DNA of 64,000 bases from NCBI GenBank assembly GCA_002269645.1, contig NIVC01000280.1, forward strand, positions 310,001 to 374,000, given 5' to 3'. Both the position numbers and the translations under genes were made by a program. The notes under the pieces are model-generated. The model ran no database searches, was not told the DNA's origin, and saw only the letters and a program-made list of their open reading frames with translations. Origin of the DNA: Macrostomum lignano (taxonomy: Eukaryota). Shown piece after piece: positions 50,580 to 59,069 of this stretch. Within the stretch, counting starts at the first letter, position 1; the number at the start of each line of letters is the position of its first letter.

Positions 50580-50984
50580 CACAGAGTCACTAGAGTGTGC
50601 GACCTAGAGGCCGCTGGCCATTCGCTACAAGACATAATGCTTATTACCGGCCAGAAATGCGAGAAGACGGTCAAAAGGTATTTAACTAGGCGCCAGGACC
50701 GCAGTCTGTTCAGGAGTTCCAAGGAAGTGAACTGTTCCCTAACCCGGCACATTCCAAGTATAAGCACAATGCCTTCCAATGATGAGGCGTCTTTCTCTGC
50801 TAATGCGAGCAACTTTATCAGTTTTTCTACTGCCTGCACGCAAGTGATGACGATCACCAGTTGCAATGCCACCCGACTATCAATTGATGAGCCGGTTTCT
50901 CGGCCAGTTCACATCGAGGCCGAGGCCTGTTCAACAAAGAAGATGCGTGTTAGCATTGACGGCAGCAACCATTTGATTAGCTAA
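50580..50984 (+). pseudogene. Crypton C-terminal fragment with catalytic Tyr
   Basis: RVTRVCDLEAAGHSLQDIMLITGQKCEKTVKRY matches R.T....L..AG.....IM..TGH....S...Y. Preceded by a polypyrimidine-CAG acceptor. Confidence 0.75.
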
Positions 50985-51222
50985 TAAACAATAAACAAAT
51001 AGAATAAATAGTCTAATAAACTCGTTATTGTATAAAAGATATTGTTTGTATAAAAAACTAGCTCATGATACATTTAAAAGCTTTTCTACAATTTTTGAGC
51101 AATTTAAAACTACCCCACTAAAAGCATAGTAAATATTGCCTATTGATTGGCATTGATTTATTTAAATTAGATCAGACGCTGAAATTATGACTAATTTCTG
51201 CAGTTCGAATAAAAAACTGGCT

Positions 51223-51770
51223 ATCGTGCAGAATCGTTCGTTAAATTCACTGTACGCACATTTTTTTAGCTATTGACACGAAAATTTCCAAAAATGAATT
51301 ATATTTTTATTATGCCAACATCTTAGAAGTGTTTTGACATTAAAATTCCATTTGTGGGGGTTGCAACTTAACTTTTATTGCAATTTCCGGGGTTTTCCGT
51401 GTTTTTCTGAATTTAAACGACTATTAACGATTATGCAATTTTGAATTTGTGCGCTGACCTGGTGTCACTGGTAAAAAATGTGTCTATGACCAAAATTAGC
51501 TACAAACTCTGGGGCTTTAAGGATAGGGGCACTGCTAAGCTGCAAATACTGCGAATAAGATGCTTTCCACTTAAAAATGGCTGGCTCAAGACCTGCCCCA
51601 ACATGGATTGTGCAACCTCAAGAGACCGCCCAGCCCTTGAACTAACAAATATGGCACTTCTGAAACACTTCTAAAATGTTAGCATAATGAAAATATTCAT
51701 TTTTGGAAAGTTTCATGTCAATAGCTAAAAAATGTGCGTACAGTGAATTTAACGAACGATTCTGCAGGAT
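51223..51770. mobile_element. MITE, ~550 bp with ~110-bp TIRs
   Basis: TGCAGAATCGTTCGTTAAATTCACTGTACGCACATTTTTTAGCTATTGACA... at 51227 is inverted at 51660-51770. Confidence 0.85.
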
Positions 51771-52454
51771 GGTCAAAAAAACTAACAATGTAGGGCACAG
51801 AGGTACTTACCGACCGCAAAAATCCAGCTATCATAATTTAAATAGGCATTGTTTTAATTCTAACAAGGATTTACATTATACTTGACAGGAAGCGCGCTTA
51901 TAGCCATAGGCTTTGGTTGCAGACTTGCAGCACGAGCTAAAACAAATGCGGAATGCTAAAGCCGCCCCGCCGCTCAACTGCTGCTTGCTGGGGGCGTTGG
52001 TTTTATTAACTTCTTTTAAACCCCTCCCGGCCTCCCCCGGCCTCTCAGCCAATCACAGACAGTGGAGATGGGTAAGGTTTTTAGCAGACTTGAGAGGATA
52101 GGCGAAAGCCAAGCCCAGCAGGGCCCTAGACAGTTTGGCTGTATAGAGGGGGTAGGGGTTGAATTTTATCGATCGAACGATATGATCGTGCAGAGGGGGT
52201 GTCTGTTTTTTAGCCCTTGTTTTTTCAGTCGAGCCCAGCCAGCAAAACCAACTAAATGGCTATGAATAACTACTGCTAATGCAAAACAAACCAAGGAAAC
52301 CAATATTTCAAGCGAATGATCTGCTCTGCAGCGAGTTTAGCCATAGAACTGTAAATAAAGTGAATTAGGCTTGTACTGCTAGACGTTGTAGTCTTAGACA
52401 TTTTGCACGGGAGCCCGCGATTTAGCCTAGGCCCCACACCACACACAACCTGAC

Positions 52455-52813
52455 TGCCACTATTTGACTGTCGTCTGTATATTTGTTACCGTTTTGGTGA
52501 GGATTAAAGTGTAGGATATGGTTTAGGGTTTAGGATTTAGGGTTTAGATTAGGGTCATTAGGGTATGAGTTCGGTTTTAGGCTAGGATATAGTTTAGGGT
52601 TAGGATTTAGGCTGGAGTTATAGGTTAGGGTTAGGTCATATGTAATGGTTAGGATTTAGGCTGAGGCATAGGTTACGGGGTGGGGGCGGAGCTTTAGGAA
52701 TTAGGTTAAGGTTAGGTTAGGATTAGCTTAGGTTAGAGGGCTTAAATTAAGGGATAGGATTTAGACTAGGGTATAGATTATAGAGTTTGGTGGGGTCGAG
52801 TCAATTAATGGCA
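52455..52813. mobile_element. MITE-like element filled with degenerate TTAGG/TTAGGG repeats
   Basis: Imperfect 15-bp TIRs TGCCACTATTTGACT / AGTCAATTAATGGCA around a telomere-like tract at ~52520-52790. Confidence 0.55.
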
Positions 52814-53811
52814 CTTTGATATCGTTCATGGGCCCCTGATTGTAGGTAGACCTTTGAGTTTCACAAATCCATGCCAATTTCAGTGAAGAATTTATTCAGT
52901 TAAAGAGACAAAAGCTCAGCAATACCAGTTCAAAAGCAAATGACGATTTTTCTGGAGATATTTGCTCTTTAATGCTTGATTAAACTGAACTGAGGTATAT
53001 TACTGAAATATTTTGAGTAAGCAAAACCTCATCCGTGAGTAGGGATCGAGCCAATATCTCCCATCCCCTGGATTTTACGGGATTTCTCGTGAATATAACT
53101 AAATACATTACAAGCTCGTAATATTAATTTTTTATACTGTAAAGTTGCAACTTATTTTTACCAAGAGCAGGAAAATGTTTACACTAAATATTGTTTTGGA
53201 GTTAGTCATTTTAAAACGGAAAATAATGTTGCAAAACTAAATACGAGAAACACTGGCTGTCCCAGAGGCGGTAAGAGGGGTCGGCTGACCCCTTGCGGTA
53301 AAGAGATTCAAAAAGTCTACTTTAAGTTTATCTCCCTGATCACCGGGGATTGAATCTAGTGATTACCCGTGTCAATAAAACAGTAAAGAAAAGAACAAAT
53401 GAACGCGGTGGCAACACAGGGTAAAAATATAGTTGAAGTCTCTTATCACAGTAAATTTAGTTTTTTATAATAATAGAATATTTGGTTATTTAGTTTCTAA
53501 AATTTTGATTTATTTTTATATTTTTGTAATTTATAGGAAACACCAGTTGAATCTACGCAGACGGCTACAATAAAAAAGACAGAATCCAAAATAGTAAACA
53601 CAAAGGAAAAACATTGCCGTAAAAATGCAGCTCTCTTGAAGAAGTGATTCCTTTAATTATTGACGATTAACGGTTTCCAGAGTAGAGTAGCCAAATGGGA
53701 AAACCAAATTTAATGATAAATTGAGTAGTGAGTAGCTGAGCCCGGTAACAGACAGATTGCCCCCCCCCCCAATAAAAAAGTCGCAACCACTGCGCTTCAG
53801 ATTATACCCGC

Positions 53812-53994
53812 AAGGGTACCTCTCATTTTGCCGATTCTCGTTTCGCCGAAATTAATTTCATAACCATCTGGACATTAGACCATAGACAACTACACTAATT
53901 TCAATTTCAAGCCACCAGAAACGATTTCAATCGGCATTTTTGTATTTCACAACCTATTTCACAAACGAGAATCGGCGAAATGAGAGGTACCCTT
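53812..53994. mobile_element. 183-bp MITE, 32-bp TIRs, 4-bp TSD CCGC
   Basis: AAGGGTACCTCTCATTT(T/C)GCCGATTCTCGTTT at both ends. CCGC at 53808-53811 and 53995-53998. Confidence 0.88.
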
Positions 53995-54864
53995 CCGCTA
54001 CACTTACACCAAATCGAAGAAATATTTGATAGACATTAATTTAGGCGAAAATCGATACGATAATTAAATTAATGAAATAAAAATCTCCGACATTCGAGCA
54101 CTATTAGTAACGAATTTTTTAGGCTTCGCACGACACTACACAGAGATAAGGCATGTTTGCGCGCATTTCTTGGGGGAATAAAATTTTTCTTAGAATACAT
54201 ATAAACACAAGTATATAATATAACGGTTACTGGGCAGTGGAACGAGCAAGTTCATACGCGAGCTTGTGAATAAATGAATATTTTTATTCAAAAAACAAGA
54301 ACAGAAGCTAATGGCTAGGCGGGCAAGGCAGTTTAGCTGAACGCGCGGATTTTTAATAAAATTTATTCAGAAAAAAACAAAACAAACCAATTTCGCAGGG
54401 AGTTTAAAATAATAGCCAAACAGTCTACTTTGAGTAGTAAAGTCTGGAATCGGCTTGCAATTTCCAGATAAAATAAAAATTTTTAATGAAAGATGCGCTC
54501 AATAAACAATATTGATAATTGGTGCTGCAAAAAATGAAAATCTGAAAACAGTCAGAAAGACTGTTAACAAAACAGTGCAAGATATTCTGAATCAGAAATT
54601 TATAAATTAATAGTTTCATGTAATCAGAAGTTTTATTGTAGTCAAGAATTTTTTTACAGAATCAAAGTTCGCTACTACTAAACGGATTAAGTGGCGCTGC
54701 TGCTATTTTCCTTCGCTCTCTGACCAAGCAGACTCACTCGAGGAAGCCTAGGAAATGTGGGCTGTTGGGTCTGAGAAGGCACTGGTCCACGGGTGATATC
54801 AGGCATTAAGACACAGGCCTGGGTTGAAGGGGGTGAAGGCAGGCAAGCAGGACAAATAATGATA

Positions 54865-54904
54865 GGACAGACACGGACAGACAGACACAGACAGACAGAG
54901 ACTA

Positions 54905-54941
<37 letters not shown>

Positions 54942-55158
54942 AACAGGCAGGCACACACAGACAGACGCAGGCAGGCACACTTACAGACAGACAAACAGGC
55001 AGGCACACACAGACAGACGCAGGGAGGCACACTTACAGACAGACAAACAGGCAGGCACACACAGACAGACGCAGGCAGGCACACTTACAGACAAACAAAC
55101 AGGCAGGCACACACAGACAGACGCAGGCAGGCACACTTACAGACAGATGGACAGACAG
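54865..55158. repeat. (GACA)n-derived microsatellite with a 52-bp higher-order unit x4
   Basis: AAACAGGCAGGCAC recurs at 54941, 54993, 55045 and 55097. Confidence 0.9.
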
Positions 55159-55781
55159 AAGCGATTTCGAAGGCACAAAAGAAGCAAGCGAGCAACCTAA
55201 CCAGCCAATACTTTGAAAATCAAACTTGATAACAGAAAGAAAAACGAGATACTAATGAGATAAGTGGGTTTGGTGCTTCTAACAGTGCAGTGTGGTGCGG
55301 AATCTACTGTAATCAAGCAAGAGTCGGTCGACTTCACTGCAGCATATTTGAAAAAAAGATTTTAAGCAAAATCTGGGACACAGTAAGGTAAAGAGAGGTG
55401 AAAGAGAGAATAATGAAAAGCTTATGGCAGGAAAAGTTAAACAATAAAAAATATATAATTTAGTAGTGAGCAGAAAAAGTATATAGGTATTATTATATAG
55501 GCATGTTCATTGACACATTGCATGCATAGGGAACAGTGCTGCTACTATAAGCACGCTATCGCACATATTCGCTCAATTAATCTACCAAAAAGTACCAGAG
55601 AGATTTAGGGAAAGTAGCGGAGCATTTTAATAAATGGTATCGCGAATACTTTGTACAAAATGAAAAAAAAACTGATCATGCGCTGATTAAGGGAACTGGG
55701 GGAAAACGCACTGCACTGGAAGGCCTGTGACATCATTACTGCTCATTGCTCGGACTGTGAGGCTGCATTGACGAATTCGGA

Positions 55782-56365
55782 CAATCAGATTGGAGGTGGA
55801 TGAGGTACTGAGAATGGGGTGGTTGTTTTGACTGATCTGACAGCCAATCAGATTGGAGGTGGTGAGGGGTTGAGAATGGGGTGGTTGGTTTGACTGATCT
55901 GACAGCCAATTAGATTGCAGGTGGGTGAGGGACTGAGAATGGGGTGGTTGGTTTGACTGATCTGACAGCCAATTAGATTGCAGGTGGGTGAGGGACTGAG
56001 AATGGGGTGGTTGGTTTGACTGATCTGACAGCCAATCAGATTGGAGGTGGTGAGGGGTTGAGAATGGGGTGGTTGGTTTGACTGATCTGACAGCTAATTA
56101 GATTGCAGGTGGGTGAGGGGTTGAGAATGGGGTGGTTGGTTTGACTGATCTGACAGCCAATTAGATTGCAGGTGGGTGAGGGGTTGAGAATGGGGTGGTT
56201 GGTTTGACTGATCTGACAGCCAATTAGATTGCAGGTGGGTGAGGGGTTGAGAATGGGGTGGTTGGTTTGACTGATCTGACAGCCAATTAGATTGCAGGTG
56301 GGTGAGGGGTTGAGAATGGGGTGGTTGGTTTGACTGATTTGGCAGCCAATCAGATTTGAGGAGGG
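55782..56365. repeat. 62-63-bp minisatellite, ~9 copies, just downstream of the UBE2H stop
   Basis: GATTGCAGGTGGGTGAGGGGTTGAGAATGGGG recurs at 56101, 56164, 56227 and 56290. Confidence 0.95.
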
Positions 56366-56471
56366 TGAGGACCGTGGGTAGTATACTAACACCAAGAGAA
56401 ACAGCACAATCTAATTAGCCAGCAACGGGAGCAGCCAAGCCCACCAAAGCGCCTCCTCATTCCAGTCTGGA

Positions 56472-56752
56472 TCAGAGCTCCATATCCTCAGCGCCTCCGT
56501 CTGGCCGCTCCTCGTCGCTGAACTCCGACATCGAGCTCTCGCCGTCTTCCTCCTCCGAGGACATCGCGCCAGGCAAGTCCTGCGACCGGATGGCCGACTC
56601 CGTGGCGAAGCGCTGGACATAATCGCGCACCTTTTGCTTGAAATCGTCCGGCCTGTGTAGATAGAGCGAGGCTGCGTCCCCGTTCAGCGGGTCCATGGGG
56701 TTCGGGTAGGTCAGCAGTTGCGGCAGGAACGACTCGAATATATTGGTGAGGT
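56472..56752 (-). CDS. UBE2H: UBE2H exon 6 (last coding exon)
   Basis: [27 protein letters not shown]...SSMSEFSDE...EDMEL stop. Confidence 0.95.
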
Positions 56753-59069
56753 CTGGGCAGAGGGCAATATTTAGTACGGTTAGCAGCAAGATTCCAAAAG
56801 AATAAAAACATTAATATTGCCAGATTTTCGCATTCTAAACTGAAAACCTGGCATCCCACTGAATCTTGACACCATCTCGATATCATTTCGAATCTCATAG
56901 CGCGACTCTCTCCTGATTCTCATAGTCCGACTCTCATCTGGATACCTGGCACCCGTGTTGTAATTGATAGTTTCGACTCACCATAAAGTGCAGACCAAGT
57001 CTGGTTAATGACATCCAAGCACACGGTGCCAGATCTAAATATGTAAAAATTATTGAGCCACTTTGCATGTTAATGTTAAAATAGCCAAACAACAATTGGT
57101 TTTCTAGAAACCAGCCTATTCATAGAGACTAAAATAAAATCTGCTTTATAAACTCACGCTTCGTCAATGTTGGGATGAAATATCTTGTTTAAAAAGCCTG
57201 CAATTGAAATTAACAAGTTTTGTGCAGATTATCAAAGGATAGCAAAAAAATGGAAAATAAAAATAATATTTCAATCTCGACCAAGGGTCGACAAATTCCA
57301 GCCCGCTTAAGGTCTCTACTCAGCTCTTGTCGCAACTTCTTAGTCATTTCTTCAGTTCATCTGCACTTGTCTCTGTTTACTATGTTTTCTCTCCCTCTCT
57401 GTCTAGTTCAGCTTGTTATTCTTATCTCTCCCGCTCGCTGCCTTCTGATTGGTTCTTCAATCTTTCAGCTTGTAATTCTTATCCCTCCCCCTTGCTGCCT
57501 TCTGATTGGTTCTTCAATCTCGCCTCTTTCTTTTGTCGCGCACTCCACCCCTCCTTTTCTTACTCAACAACCCTTGCTCTATTTAAGTCATTAAAATAGT
57601 GGGGGGGGGGTTGAGCATAGATAAGACAAGAAAACAGAGACAAGTGCAGATAAAGTGAAGAAATGACTAAAAAGTCGCTGCACCCCTCTACCCTCTTCTC
57701 TTCTTATCTTCTCTCCTATCTTTTCTTTCATTCCATATCTTATCTTATATCTCCTCTCTTGCCTTTCCTCTCTTCTTTCATCTATCCATTTATCTTTCCT
57801 CTTCTATTTCTCCTCTATTATCTCTTCTCTAGGCTGAAGCCATTAGTTAGGTTCTTTATCTGGCCTTTGAAGTAAAAAATTTTGCCAATTGAAGCTTACC
57901 AATTGATGGTGATTTGAATGGATAGCGATCAGGCAAGTCTACCCTGACTTTCCATACGCCTCCTTCATATGGAGCTAAAATTGGAGTTATATTCATAAAT
58001 AAATTGAATAAATAGAGACTAAAATATAGGATTTAGATTTATCAAAACAATTACTTACAGTCTGTAGGACCATAGAATTTCACAGTGAACTCATTTAGTC
58101 CTCCAAGTATAGTGACTTCATGCTTACTTTCAATGCTATTTTTAGCATAGTTAAATTATGCCAAGTTAAGGACATTATAAAAATTATAACTATAAACAAG
58201 AAAATATATTTTAATAAGTAATATAGAAATAAAAAATGTCAGTATACATAAATCTTACAATAGACATTAGCCAACTTTGTATTAAACTAAAACCAATTTA
58301 ACCAATATTTATATTTATAAGGACCAATTCCTAAAGTATAAAGTATAAAAATAGAAAGTTACAAGGCTATTATATACTTTATATCCATTAAAAATGGTTT
58401 ATAACTATAAGTATTAAAACTGCATAACTATATATATGTTTAGTATAGTAGGCCTATCTTTTTATATAAATTAAATGATTTTTAAATAAAATAGATAAGA
58501 GCCTAAGCTTTGTTATAGATTTGATAGATTTGCTATACTATAAAAGAGATAGAACTTTCCTTATTGGTTGATTGATAACTAATGTTTATCAAAAATAGCC
58601 TATTTACTACTTTACTTGAAACTGACTCAAATATCTAAAAATATTTTTAGACTTATAATAAGCTCTTATATCCACAACACTTCTTATCTCTTATAAATTA
58701 TTAACAATTATTTTATTACTGTTTTTGTTCAAACCAGTTTCAGCATATTTGATTAGGAAACACAGACCTATTAGCAATTTAATTTCTTGTTAATTTTTAG
58801 GTAAATTTTGAAACAAATTTTGATATGGTACACAAGAATAATTCCTTGCAGGAAGGTTGCAGGGTATTATATATATATTGCCCATATATGCTCATTCAAA
58901 ACTAGTAGGCTCTATTTTGTCTTGATTTTACAATGTAATTAGTTTCATACTATTTATTAGGCCCCTTGACTCTTCAGTTGAGTCTTAAAAAGTGAAATAA
59001 CCAAAGCAAAGGATACAGTTTGACAACATCCGTGTCCATTCTGCGTTTTCCTGGGCTAGGCGAAGACAT
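56472..59069 (-). CDS. UBE2H: Ubiquitin-conjugating enzyme E2 H, complete 6-exon gene, 192 aa
   Basis: Exons of 53, 77, 75, 40, 53 and 281 nt splice in frame to [25 protein letters not shown]...[20 protein letters not shown]...AEDMEL stop. All introns are GT-AG. Confidence 0.97.
56982..57034 (-). CDS. UBE2H: UBE2H exon 5 (catalytic Cys)
   Basis: [23 protein letters not shown] donor. Confidence 0.95.
57158..57197 (-). CDS. UBE2H: UBE2H exon 4
   Basis: [12 protein letters not shown] (HPN motif), GTGAGT donor. Confidence 0.95.
57332..57678. mobile_element. MITE in UBE2H intron 3, ~55-bp TIRs, internal 57-bp duplication
   Basis: TTAGTCATTTCTTCA.TT.ATCTGCACTTGTCTCTGTTT is inverted at 57621-57678. 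TCAGCTTGT...TTCAATCT occurs at 57408 and 57465. Confidence 0.8.
57900..57974 (-). CDS. UBE2H: UBE2H exon 3
   Basis: [30 protein letters not shown] acceptor, GTAAGC donor. Confidence 0.95.
58059..58135 (-). CDS. UBE2H: UBE2H exon 2
   Basis: [28 protein letters not shown] acceptor, GTAAGT donor. Confidence 0.95.
58136..59016 (-). promoter_or_regulatory. U12-type (minor spliceosome) GT-AG intron 1 of UBE2H
   Basis: 5' site GTATCCTTT and branch site TCCTTAAC (58172-58165), about 30 nt from the AG. Confidence 0.88.
59017..59069 (-). CDS. UBE2H: UBE2H exon 1
   Basis: [17 protein letters not shown](L), donor GTATCCTTT. Confidence 0.95.

Noticed and set aside
36146-51490. CATAGAC...GTCTATG as P-element termini with 8-bp TSDs
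   Set aside because: None of the left-flank 8-mers I compared matched a right-flank 8-mer. The motif is kept as a finding without this assignment.
52520-52790. True telomere or chromosome fusion site
   Set aside because: Units are heterogeneous, the tract is under 300 bp, there is no head-to-head inversion, and it is bounded by TIRs.
54687-56407. Cys-rich and 21-aa-repeat ORFs
   Set aside because: They are translations of the (GACA)n and 63-bp tandem repeats, open in several frames.
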